From an uncultured delta proteobacterium (GTDB lineage: Bacteria; Myxococcota_A; Polyangia; Fen-1088): a stretch of DNA of 64,000 nucleotides. Of the stretch, positions 8,261 to 16,551 are shown piece by piece. The stretch is from contig CAWCMR010000013.1 of NCBI GenBank assembly GCA_963796685.1, forward strand, positions 192,001 through 256,000, written 5' to 3'. Position 1 is the first letter of the stretch. Each line of letters opens with the position of its first letter. The translations under genes were made by a program, and so were the position numbers. The notes beneath the pieces were generated by a model. The model was not told the DNA's origin and ran no database searches. It saw only the letters and a program-made list of their open reading frames with translations.

Positions 8261-8781
8261 TCACCCCTTCGTCCGGCTCGGCGACGTTGCCCACGGTTGA
8301 TCAACGATTTCGGCCGCCGGCTCTCGAGCAGTCTTCAGGGCCTCCGCTGTACATTGGAACGTCCTACGTACGAAAGCCCGATCGCCGCCTGCACAACCGG
8401 CAACGGCGCGCCGCCGGGAAACTGATCGGCGATATCCAGGGCGCAGCTCTTGTCCGCGGGCACTTCGGCCGGTTCGCGGTCGGGAAAGTTCAGCTTGATC
8501 GATCCTCGCGGGCTCACGTCGAGGTAGTTGTTGAATCGACAAGAAACCCACGGGCACGGCCTGGGGCCGTCTATGCAGTCACCGCGGGTCTTGGGCCGCT
8601 CCACGTCGCTGGGGTATTCCACCACCTCGCCAAACCATCGGTCGCGCAAGGCCCGCTGGGAATCCGGCGCTGCGGGGTGTTGCTGGTGGTAGGCAGCCAT
8701 CCCGGCTTGACCATGCCGCGTGACCACGCCGATTCCATCGCGCCACGATTCGAGCTGCCGAAGGTTTATCGATTTCCGCAC
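8261..8781 (-). CDS. Cys-rich protein with C-terminal sigma70 region-4-like HTH; probable frameshift near 8365
   Basis: RPKTRGDC..GPRPCPWVSC..YLDV..GSIKLNFP..CALDIAD; last helix (RTFQCTAEALK) lies in another frame. Confidence 0.65.
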
Positions 8782-8787
8782 GAGGCC

Positions 8788-9081
8788 TCACGCGGTCGGC
8801 GCTTCGAGTAGTGCCACCAACCTGGGTGGGAGCCACGCGGGCACGCAGTCGAGATGGTCCAGGACAGATCGCAGCCGATTGAGCACGCGATTGACTTGCA
8901 CGTGCGATGGCTTCCCGGCTGCCACAAAAGCGGCTAGGTTTGCATCGAGTGAGCCTTGTGTGCGTCCAAGCGTCTCGATTGCCCAACAGTCGAACGCCAG
9001 CACGGCCAGCGTGAGGTTGCCCCGCACGTCCAGCAGCACGGGGGATTCCTCGCCGCGAAGGTCTTGCTCGGCCGCGGTCAC
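8788..9081 (-). CDS. Hypothetical protein
   Basis: 97 aa, GTGA-coupled within the minus-strand gene string. Confidence 0.55.
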   Translation of the reverse strand: MTAAEQDLRGEESPVLLDVRGNLTLAVLAFDCWAIETLGRTQGSLDANLAAFVAAGKPSHVQVNRVLNRLRSVLDHLDCVPAWLPPRLVALLEAPTA

Positions 9082-9440
9082 GTTCCAGCCTCGGTTGAGA
9101 TCAGCTTGACCGCGGACACCACGGCGCGGGCAAACGTCCGGGCATCCTTCCCGCCCAAAGACCAGCAGATGTCGGTGCTACTGCGGACTGGCCACCATCG
9201 ACCGGCCGTGTCCTGATGCCACCGACGAATCAGAATCCTAGCTGGCCGCCCAGCGGTAGGTGGTTGGCTGGTGATTCGCAACTCGCTGCCGTTCTTGATT
9301 GCGATCGCTCCGTGGAGCCGGTGGGCCGCCTCCGGGCCGCGGTCGGTTGCTGGGCGCGGGCGTGCCGGCGTGGGCGCTGGCGTCTCGGCTTCGCCAAAGC
9401 CATGAAAGGCGAGGCGGGCGGATGTGTTGGGCGAGTTCAT
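9078..9440 (-). CDS. Hypothetical protein with PC4-like ssDNA-binding pattern
   Basis: ATGA-coupled; ELRIT..ILIRRWHQDTAGRWWP. Confidence 0.55.
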   Translation of the reverse strand: MNSPNTSARLAFHGFGEAETPAPTPARPRPATDRGPEAAHRLHGAIAIKNGSELRITSQPPTAGRPARILIRRWHQDTAGRWWPVRSSTDICWSLGGKDARTFARAVVSAVKLISTEAGT

Positions 9441-10033
9441 AGGCCCTTCGCCTCGCGGGCCAAGGACGCCTGCGCCTCCTCCCCGTAGATCGAGCCCAGT
9501 TCCGGATCCCCGAGAAGCAGGTGCAGCGCATCGTCGATGAAGCCTTCGATGTGATTCACGTCGAGATCGGATAGGTCGCGTTTGCGGGCGATGACTTTTG
9601 CCCAAACGAGTGACTCCCGCGCCGAGCGCAACCAGCGCCCGAAACTCTCAAGCTCTGCGTTCAGCCGGCGGGATTTCTTGGCTCTGGCGATGTCGCCCAG
9701 CACCTCGCGATGCCAGGCTAGACACTTGTTGGCCTCGGCGATGAGCGATGCCCGATCCGTGCGGCTGAGTTCGCCGAGTTCGGCCGCTACCGCCGCCGAA
9801 TGCCGCTCGTATTCCGTCTCGGGCGCCGGCGCGCCCCCATCTGGCGGACACCATTTTCCCGACGGGATCCACGAACGCATCGCGAGGTCAGGATTGATGA
9901 TGGTGATGTGGCTGCGCTTGCCGGGTTTCCCGGTGATGCGCACCGCTGCCGCGGGAATCAGGCCGTCGCGGACCGCGCGCGCAACGGTTCTCCGGGAGCA
10001 TCCGCGTAGCTTCGCAAATTCCTCTGTTGTCAT
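9437..10033 (-). CDS. Terminase small subunit-like protein (Nu1-type winged HTH)
   Basis: AAGGAG RBS; MTTEEFAKLRGCSRRTVARAVRDGLI..INPDLAMRSW then helical C-terminus. Confidence 0.65.
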   Translation of the reverse strand: MTTEEFAKLRGCSRRTVARAVRDGLIPAAAVRITGKPGKRSHITIINPDLAMRSWIPSGKWCPPDGGAPAPETEYERHSAAVAAELGELSRTDRASLIAEANKCLAWHREVLGDIARAKKSRRLNAELESFGRWLRSARESLVWAKVIARKRDLSDLDVNHIEGFIDDALHLLLGDPELGSIYGEEAQASLAREAKGL

Positions 10034-10050
10034 AGTGTGTTTCTCCTTAC

Positions 10051-10146
10051 GTGAGACAAGATGGGACATTCTTTTTCGGTGTTGTGCAGACACGTGGCGG
10101 GGCTCCTAGGCGCCGCGTCGTCCAAAACGGCCCAAAGGAGGTACCC
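10051..10146 (-). other. Candidate cos packaging site
   Basis: Minus strand GGGTACCT + 23 nt ending ACG + CGGCGCCTAGGA; TGRGACA repeats at 10052 and 10062; directly upstream of terS-like gene. Confidence 0.4.
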
Positions 10147-10159
10147 CCGTCCGGGCCCG

Positions 10160-10384
10160 TCATTGCCGCTTGCCGAGCCTTCGATCGATGCTCCAGCAGA
10201 GCCACGCCGACCTCACCACCTCCACGCCACACTTGGCACTCAGCCCCACGCCAACCAGGGCAAGCGCCGCCAACCTTGCGGCGGCGGACGCCATCGCCCA
10301 CAGTGCCACCGCCAGGCGCTTCAGCGCAGCCACCAGACCGCCGCGCTTCCCCTTGGCGACAGGGGCGGGCGCCTCACTACTCAT
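10160..10384 (-). CDS. Small basic/hydrophobic hypothetical protein
   Basis: 74 aa, overlaps upstream stop; long Ala/Leu/Val stretch. Confidence 0.5.
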   Translation of the reverse strand: MSSEAPAPVAKGKRGGLVAALKRLAVALWAMASAAARLAALALVGVGLSAKCGVEVVRSAWLCWSIDRRLGKRQ

Positions 10385-10814
10385 CCCTGGCCTTCGCTGT
10401 GCACGCGTGCGCTTCCGCCAACGCCTGTTCATCGAAGGCCTGCATCCTCGCGATGAAGGCATCCTCCTCGCTCCTGTTGTCGATGGGAGTGGGCCGGGCC
10501 TTGGCCATGACCGCTCGAAACTCGGCGTCGGGCCCGACCGCCGCCGCCGCCTTCGACGTGCCGGCAAGCAGCTCGGCCGCGCTCTCGATGGTCATGCCCG
10601 GCATGGCCGCCAGCCTGATGGCCAAGGGTCGCCGTCCCACTGCCTCCGCGTGCCCAACGATGCCTAGGATGCGTTCGCGCTCGACGGTGGCGGCCTCGGC
10701 TCGCGCCTTCGCCTTCGCGCTTTCCCGCGCCTCTGTGAGAGCCTCAGCCCTTGCCTCTGCCTGGATCTGCGCGACCACGTCGGGATACTCGGCCCGCAAC
10801 TGTTCGAGCGTCAC
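10377..10814 (-). CDS. Stand-alone Nu3-like capsid scaffold protein (145 aa)
   Basis: GGAGGT RBS; TLEQLRAEYPDVVAQIQAEA..ERERILGI..EAVGR..LAAMPGMTIESAAELLA resembles the scaffold tail of S49/ClpP head proteases. Confidence 0.65.
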   Translation of the reverse strand: MTLEQLRAEYPDVVAQIQAEARAEALTEARESAKAKARAEAATVERERILGIVGHAEAVGRRPLAIRLAAMPGMTIESAAELLAGTSKAAAAVGPDAEFRAVMAKARPTPIDNRSEEDAFIARMQAFDEQALAEAHACTAKARDE

Positions 10815-11017
10815 AATGCCACCTCCGTGGCCGTCGTGGTAAGCAGCTCGGCCGCAACCTCGACGGTCATTTCCGGCATGGCAGCGAGTCGGATAGCGGC
10901 TGCGCGCCACCCCTTGGCTGCGGGATGCGAGACGATCGCGAGGATGCGTTCACGCTCGGCCGTCGCCGCTCTCTCGTAGTTGCGCTCGAAGATCATTTGC
11001 CGCAGAGACGGGGTCAC
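10811..11017 (-). CDS. Short paralog of the Nu3-like scaffold core (68 aa)
   Basis: ERERILAIVSHPAAKGWRAAAIRLAAMPEMTVEVAAELL; DNA-level similarity to 10567-10690. Confidence 0.7.
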   Translation of the reverse strand: MTPSLRQMIFERNYERAATAERERILAIVSHPAAKGWRAAAIRLAAMPEMTVEVAAELLTTTATEVAL

Positions 11018-11370
11018 GACGCCACCACGCTGTCGTAGGACTTCATCCGCCGCAAAAAGGCCTCGGTTTCGGGATCGTCATCCTGGGCCGTGCCGGTCGG
11101 CGTTTCGCCTGCATCGAGTCTGCGCATGCGTTCGAGAAAAGCCGACTCCTCGGCCGCCTCGCTGGTTGCCGGCATCGCACGCGCGACAGGTGCGCTCGGC
11201 GTGGTGATGCGTGCGCTTGCCGTGGGCGTGGACACCGTTGTGGGCGCGGTGGCCGCGCATTCAGCGCTGCAAAAGCCCGACGTCCGCACTCCGAATCGGC
11301 CGCACGTGCATCGCGTTTGCGCGCGTTCCACGACGGCGGCCAGGGTCTCTTCGCCTTGCGTGTTCATCAC
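11014..11370 (-). CDS. Cys-motif protein with two copies of the scaffold C-terminal motif
   Basis: CTC..CSAEC, Thr/Ala linker, ESAFLERMRRLD and TEAFLRRMKSYD (cf. EDAFIARMQAFD in 10377-10814). Confidence 0.65.
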   Translation of the reverse strand: MMNTQGEETLAAVVERAQTRCTCGRFGVRTSGFCSAECAATAPTTVSTPTASARITTPSAPVARAMPATSEAAEESAFLERMRRLDAGETPTGTAQDDDPETEAFLRRMKSYDSVVAS

Positions 11371-11921
11371 GCACCCGCCTTGCGCGAGGACTTCGCCGGC
11401 TGCTGTGCTGCCAGCGCCGCTTCGAGAGCGGCCACTCGCTCGGCCAGCTTCGCCGGGTTCAGCTCGGCGGGGAGGCATTCAACACAGCACAACTCGCCCC
11501 GCGCGTTGAATCCCACAGCCGGGCGCCCAGCTTTGTAGACAGTGTCCGGATGCCTGACGCAAAACATCGGATCGATAGGAAGCTCGGCTTCCCGCTCGTG
11601 CCGGTCGCGTATCTTTGCCAGCTCCGCGTCGATTTCTGGCCGCCTTCGCGCGGACTCCGCTCGGCGCAAATCTTCCTCCGCTCGCCGAACGCACATCGTG
11701 CACCGCCGCTCCCCCACCGTTCCGTCGGCGGCGGTCACTTGGTGGGTTACGTCGCTCGGCAGATGACAGCGATCGCAGGTGTTCGGCATCTTTTCGAGGG
11801 GTATCGGAGGGCCATCGGTTGGCCCGGCCTCGGATGCCCCCCTTTCGGTGATCGGTGGTTGCAGATAGTTGGATTGCATGTCGGTTCCTTTCGGTTTGTT
11901 GGTTCGGTCGAAAATCCCCAC
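11367..11921 (-). CDS. Zinc-finger/coiled-coil hypothetical protein
   Basis: CDRC..CTMC, CVRH..CVEC; start uncertain. Confidence 0.6.
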   Translation of the reverse strand: MGIFDRTNKPKGTDMQSNYLQPPITERGASEAGPTDGPPIPLEKMPNTCDRCHLPSDVTHQVTAADGTVGERRCTMCVRRAEEDLRRAESARRRPEIDAELAKIRDRHEREAELPIDPMFCVRHPDTVYKAGRPAVGFNARGELCCVECLPAELNPAKLAERVAALEAALAAQQPAKSSRKAGA

Positions 11922-12036
11922 CGCCTAGCCTGTGCATCCGCCTGAAAGCAGAAGAGCGGTTGCATCCGGGCGACGATTCCCGACCGGGCGCATGGTCCCG
12001 GCAAGCGAAGTGGTGGGGTAAACCTTGAGCGGGAGA

Positions 12037-12225
12037 TCATCGGGCTGGCTCCCCTTGCGGCTGCACCAACTCGTGCTGGCGGGGCGTTTCCTGCGTCGAT
12101 GGCGTGCTGGTGCGAGCAATCGCGCGCCAACAGCGTGAGCACAGCAGTTTTCGAGCAACCGCTACGAAGTGCATCTCGGGCGTGGTCAGGTGGCACACGT
12201 CGCATGCATCGCGAGTCGCGGTCAT
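12037..12225 (-). CDS. Small zinc-ribbon protein
   Basis: CDVC..CSRC, 62 aa. Confidence 0.55.
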   Translation of the reverse strand: MTATRDACDVCHLTTPEMHFVAVARKLLCSRCWRAIARTSTPSTQETPRQHELVQPQGEPAR

Positions 12226-12629
12226 GGTGTGGCCTCACGCAGGCACTTGCGACAAACCCTGCCGGAGGTCAGGCCAGGAAGAACGGTTTCGGCTTTGGCG
12301 TCGGTGCCTCCGCAGTCGAGGCACAGCCGTTCGCTTTTCGCGTGGTCCGCCGCGGCCAGTGCCTTGAGCACCGCGAGTTCCCAGGCTCGCAACCGGATCT
12401 CGAGTTCGGCCAGGTCGCCCACACCACGCTGGCAGCGACTAGCCTCTCGACCACACGCAGCCATCGCGCGGGCCACGGCGGGGAGGCGCTCTACCGTAGG
12501 CCACCGATCGTCAAGATCGGGATGCTCCCCGGCTAGGCGGGCCCATGATTCCGCCCAGAGCGCCGCGACGACGTCAGGGGTGCCGGTGCCCAGGGCGTGA
12601 GTGGTGACCAAAGTGCAGGCGGCGGTCAT
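12222..12629 (-). CDS. Hypothetical protein with C-terminal zinc ribbon
   Basis: CLDC..CRKC; ATGA overlap at its start. Confidence 0.6.
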   Translation of the reverse strand: MTAACTLVTTHALGTGTPDVVAALWAESWARLAGEHPDLDDRWPTVERLPAVARAMAACGREASRCQRGVGDLAELEIRLRAWELAVLKALAAADHAKSERLCLDCGGTDAKAETVLPGLTSGRVCRKCLREATP

Positions 12630-12805
12630 TGCAACCCCGCTGGCTTGGGCACCATGAAGATCGGCGGGCGGCCATCTTCGCCAGGACGAAGCCCACGAAG
12701 GTCAACGAGTCGCCCGCGCCAGTCGTAGCCCCAACCGATGGGCGCCATGGGCGTGGCCGTGGTGTCGGTCGTGGGCGCGGCCGCGGTGAACAGCGGGGTC
12801 GTCAT
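12626..12805 (-). CDS. 59-aa hypothetical protein (below ORF-track cutoff)
   Basis: MTTPLFTAAAP..PAGLQ; ATGA overlaps at both ends. Confidence 0.55.
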   Translation of the reverse strand: MTTPLFTAAAPTTDTTATPMAPIGWGYDWRGRLVDLRGLRPGEDGRPPIFMVPKPAGLQ

Positions 12806-14148
12806 CGATCAGACTCCGGATCAGTGCCATCCGTTGCCGACAACCACGTGGTCAGCTCGGGGGCCCATCTGCACCTCGCCGCCCCTGTCCGTCCCTCGCG
12901 GTTTTTCGCCACGATGATCCGATCCCCATCGGCGCCATGGGTAAGAAACAACACAATGTCGGACTCCTGCTCGAAGGATCCCGTCTCGCGTAAGTCGGAC
13001 AGCATCGGGTCACCACCGCGCTTTTCAATCTCGCGCGAGAGCATCGCCACAAGGAGCACCACACACCCAAGCTCCTTGGCCAAGGTCTTCATGGCGACGG
13101 GCACCTTTGCCGCCTCTTGCTCGCGGGTGTCGCCCCTCTCGCGTCCCACTTGCACCCGTTGTGCGTAGTCGAGCACGATGAGCGCGCGCTTGTCGTCTTC
13201 CTTGCCACTGCGGAGAAATCGCGGGGCCACATGGCGGGCGTGCCACCGCCGGGCCTCGCCGGTGATCTGACCGAGCCGCACGGCCCGGTCGTTCACCCAC
13301 AGCAACGACGAATCGAACCGACCGGATGAGGCTCCAATCTTGCCCCATTCCGCTTTGTCCACACTCCCGACCTTGAGCTTGTGCGAGTTGATACCGGCGT
13401 CGCCGGAAAGCCAGCGCCGACCAAGTCGCTTGAGCATCATTTCAACCGAGAAAAACGCGGTCGGTACTCCGTGCATCCCACAGTACGCAGCGACGTTGCC
13501 CACGAATGCCGACTTGCCGACACCGGGACGAGCGGAGACGGTCACAAGATCGCCGGGCTCGAATCCTTCTGCGACATGGTCAAGCGTCGGAATGCCGGCG
13601 AAGACCCGCGGAACCAACTCGCCCCGCTGCTGTTTCTCGACATCGTCAGCAGCCTCGCGGATTGCCGTAGATACGTGGACCATGCCGCAGTCGCGCGAGA
13701 GATTTTCAAGCTCGGCCGTGCCGTCGCGCATGGCCTGGATCTGCTCTTCCCAGGGTTGGCCACCGTAGGCGAGCGCCAGCGTGTTGGTGCAGGTCTCGAT
13801 CAGTTTTCTACTGGCCGCCAGCTCCCGGACAATCTGCGCGTGGTGGCGCACCTGCTGCGGGATGGCCGCATCGCTCGCGCAAGCCATCGCCCACTCGTGC
13901 CAGCTCGGCGCGAAGTGCGGCTCGGCACCGGCCGCCTTGATGGCGCTGCTGAGTGAGATGGGATCGGTCGGAAGACCCTTGGAAACGGCGGCACTGGCGG
14001 CAGCCCAGGCCTCGCGATGGCACGGCACAAAGAACTCGTCCGGGCGTAGGCCGTCCGATTCCACGATCGCCGCATCGCCGTAGACCAGCTCGGATCCGAT
14101 GACGGCCCGCTCGGCCTCGACGTTGTGTGGTGGCGTCCGGTCGGTCAT
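12802..14148 (-). CDS. dnaB: DnaB-family replicative helicase (element-encoded)
   Basis: PPHNVEAERAVIG, Walker A ARPGVGKS, VLDYAQ, LSDLRETGSFEQESD, IVAKNREG. Confidence 0.93.
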   Translation of the reverse strand: MTDRTPPHNVEAERAVIGSELVYGDAAIVESDGLRPDEFFVPCHREAWAAASAAVSKGLPTDPISLSSAIKAAGAEPHFAPSWHEWAMACASDAAIPQQVRHHAQIVRELAASRKLIETCTNTLALAYGGQPWEEQIQAMRDGTAELENLSRDCGMVHVSTAIREAADDVEKQQRGELVPRVFAGIPTLDHVAEGFEPGDLVTVSARPGVGKSAFVGNVAAYCGMHGVPTAFFSVEMMLKRLGRRWLSGDAGINSHKLKVGSVDKAEWGKIGASSGRFDSSLLWVNDRAVRLGQITGEARRWHARHVAPRFLRSGKEDDKRALIVLDYAQRVQVGRERGDTREQEAAKVPVAMKTLAKELGCVVLLVAMLSREIEKRGGDPMLSDLRETGSFEQESDIVLFLTHGADGDRIIVAKNREGRTGAARCRWAPELTTWLSATDGTDPESDR

Positions 14149-14957
14149 GTGCCTACCTCGCCGAGTCCGGGCAGGTCTGGCCACGTGTATGGCGCCGGCT
14201 GGCCGGGCCTGGCTTGCGGGCGCGCAGCGGCCGTGCGCTCGTCTGTCCATCGCTGCTGATGCAGGTAGCTCGCCAGGTAGGGCACGTGCGCGGGATATTC
14301 GCGATCCGTCGCCTGCCAGTGCGGAACCTGCCAGGCTAGGGCCGAGGTCACGGCATCGGCTAGTGCTGCCTCGCCGCCGGCATAGTCGCGCGCCTGTCGC
14401 GTCCAGCTCACGGCGGCTTTGGCTTTCGCGTCTCGCCGGGGATAGATAGCCCAGATGCGGGCAAATGCCTCTGACACCTCAGCTCGACGAGCGCGCGCAC
14501 GCCCAGGAGCGGCAGCGGATGGGCATGTATCCTGATTTGGGGAAGGGGATCCGGATCGGGAAGGGGAACGGGAACGGGACGCTGCCACTGTCGCGCTATT
14601 CGACTGTCCATTAGACGCGCTACTAGCGCCGCTATTGGACGCTGCCCATTCTCGCTTGCGCTTCCGCTCGGCCTCGATGTGGGCCCGGCTCGGCTGGTAC
14701 TCGAGGTAGTCGTGGATCTGGTAGCCGCCCTCGACCATCTCCCACAAGCCGATGCGCACCAGCTCGGCCGCAGTGCCGGAGGCGTCGACTGTCCGCGCGT
14801 AGGCCGCGACCACCGGCAGATCGGCAGTGACGATGACGCCATCCGATTCGGCTTGCGCGGCGTAGGCCAGGCCCGCGAAGTACATCAGGCGGGCGGCATC
14901 GCTGCACCGGAACTTGCGATGCAGGAAGATCCTGTCGTCGATTTTGACCCAGCTCAC
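14145..14957 (-). CDS. Phage-type replication initiator
   Basis: SWVKIDD..H.KF N-terminus, YQIHDYLEYQP, Ser/Pro linker, FARIWAIYPR..YLHQQRWTDE; coupled to dnaB. Confidence 0.8.
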   Translation of the reverse strand: MSWVKIDDRIFLHRKFRCSDAARLMYFAGLAYAAQAESDGVIVTADLPVVAAYARTVDASGTAAELVRIGLWEMVEGGYQIHDYLEYQPSRAHIEAERKRKREWAASNSGASSASNGQSNSATVAASRSRSPSRSGSPSPNQDTCPSAAAPGRARARRAEVSEAFARIWAIYPRRDAKAKAAVSWTRQARDYAGGEAALADAVTSALAWQVPHWQATDREYPAHVPYLASYLHQQRWTDERTAAARPQARPGQPAPYTWPDLPGLGEVGT

Positions 14958-15232
14958 GGCCCGATTACCTCGTCGGCCAGGCGCGCGGCCTCGAGCACGT
15001 CGGCGTCGGTGACGGCGGGTCGCGCCCCCCTCGCTGCGTCGGCGATGCGCTCGCGGATCCAGTTTTCGATCTGGTCGCTCGGCCACGCCACACACCTGGC
15101 ACCCAGCTTGATCGGGGCCGGGAACGTGCCAGCCTGGATCGCGGCGTAGATGGCAGTCCTGCGCAGTCCCACGCGTGCGATCACGCCTGGCAATCTCAGC
15201 AGGCAGATCGGAGCGGGCGGTGCGGCGGTCAT
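14954..15232 (-). CDS. alpA: AlpA family regulator
   Basis: LLRLPGVIARVGLRRTAIY..GTFPAPIKLGARCVAWPSDQIENWI. Confidence 0.92.
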   Translation of the reverse strand: MTAAPPAPICLLRLPGVIARVGLRRTAIYAAIQAGTFPAPIKLGARCVAWPSDQIENWIRERIADAARGARPAVTDADVLEAARLADEVIGP

Positions 15233-15450
15233 CGCTGCACCGGAGCGAGGTCTGCGAGCTTTTGCGCCGCGAGCGCCAGGGTGCCCGCTCGCACGCCGAG
15301 CGACCCCCGGATCCTGGTGAGTGACGCCTCGGACACCCCGAGTAGTTTGGCGGTGCGGACAGTCCCTTCTCGCTCGACGAGCTCGCGCACCGCCCGGACA
15401 AATAGCGGGCCAGGTTGGACGAGGCCGCCCGAAAGAAAATGCTCATGCAT
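15229..15450 (-). CDS. Small HTH protein
   Basis: GTVRTAKLLGVSEASLTRI; ATGA-coupled to alpA. Confidence 0.6.
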   Translation of the reverse strand: MHEHFLSGGLVQPGPLFVRAVRELVEREGTVRTAKLLGVSEASLTRIRGSLGVRAGTLALAAQKLADLAPVQR

Positions 15451-15537
15451 ACAGAAAACTCTGGCATGGCACCTCAGCGGCCGACGCGACAATTGGACCA
15501 CCTGTCGGCGTCTATTGTCGCTGGCCCGTCGCTGTGA

Positions 15538-16467
15538 CTACTTGCCGGGCTTGCGCTGGCGTCGCTTCTTTTTGCTGGTCTTGCGCTGCCTGGTCTCTTC
15601 GGCGGCCTTGCGCTCGCGTTTCTTGGCCAGCGTCTTTTGGAGCGTGACGCTTGTGTAATCGTCGCCCACCAGGTCTAGGTTCTTGAGGGCCTTGACGACG
15701 TTGTCGTTATCCTTCTCGCCGCGCTTCTTCAACTCGGCCGCAACAAGCGTCGACACTGCATCGTGCGCGCCACGCTTCGGTGGCGAGGGGAATTTGAGCG
15801 ATAGCCCTTCATCCGTCCATGTGCTCGCGAAGCCGAGAAACTGGACGATCTCTTGAGACGGAAGCGTGCCCCATTGGAACGGGTGCAGATCGTCGATGGC
15901 TCGCGCGGCTTTGAGCGCATCTGTGAGGGCCGCCCTAAGTTTGCCGAGTTCGGCCTTGATCTTCAGTGAGTCCTGACCGTGCTTGAGGTTCGCATTGACC
16001 GAGTCGAGCGCCAGGGGAGCGCGCGCGGCTTTCGGATTCTTCAGGTACGAAGGATTGCACCCCGCATACGCCTGTTCGAGCTGGGGGAAGGTCCTTTTCT
16101 TGCCATCCTTGTCCTTGCCATTGAACCACTGATGGATTCGTTGACATAGTTCGAGCCCCTTCGATCTCTGGTCCGGTGCCTTGCTCGTCGGTGCCTTGCT
16201 CGGCTCCGGCAACGCAGGCAGTCCTTGCTTGGCCCGCATCTCCCGGATCACGTCCTCGGCCGACGGCTTCGGCTTTGCCGGCGTCGTGGCCTTCTTCCTG
16301 GCCAACGCCGCTTCGACCACCGCCCTACGCTGGGCCGGGTTCTTGGGCTGACCGACCTCCGGTGCCGTCGGCGCCGAGTTCGCCTCGCCTTGAGGCGCGC
16401 GCTTCGGTTGGCGGGGCTTCGGTTGGGTTGTCTTCGTCACGTGCATTTCCGTCTGCACTTCCTTCAA
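15538..16467 (-). CDS. Lys/Arg-rich hypothetical protein
   Basis: ~300 aa ORF downstream of integrase; no recognised family; start uncertain. Confidence 0.65.
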   Translation of the reverse strand: MKEVQTEMHVTKTTQPKPRQPKRAPQGEANSAPTAPEVGQPKNPAQRRAVVEAALARKKATTPAKPKPSAEDVIREMRAKQGLPALPEPSKAPTSKAPDQRSKGLELCQRIHQWFNGKDKDGKKRTFPQLEQAYAGCNPSYLKNPKAARAPLALDSVNANLKHGQDSLKIKAELGKLRAALTDALKAARAIDDLHPFQWGTLPSQEIVQFLGFASTWTDEGLSLKFPSPPKRGAHDAVSTLVAAELKKRGEKDNDNVVKALKNLDLVGDDYTSVTLQKTLAKKRERKAAEETRQRKTSKKKRRQRKPGK

Positions 16468-16545
16468 AAAAAGACCGTGGGCTGGGCCAGGGGAAATGCG
16501 GCCTGGCCCTCGACCGGGGGATCAGTCCCAATCGCTGCCCACGGT
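16466..16545 (-). terminator. Branched stem-loop followed by T7, after the integrase
   Basis: Outer ACCGTGGGC/GCCCACGGT, two inner hairpins, A7 at 16466-16472 on + strand. Confidence 0.6.
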
Positions 16546-16551
16546 GGAAAA

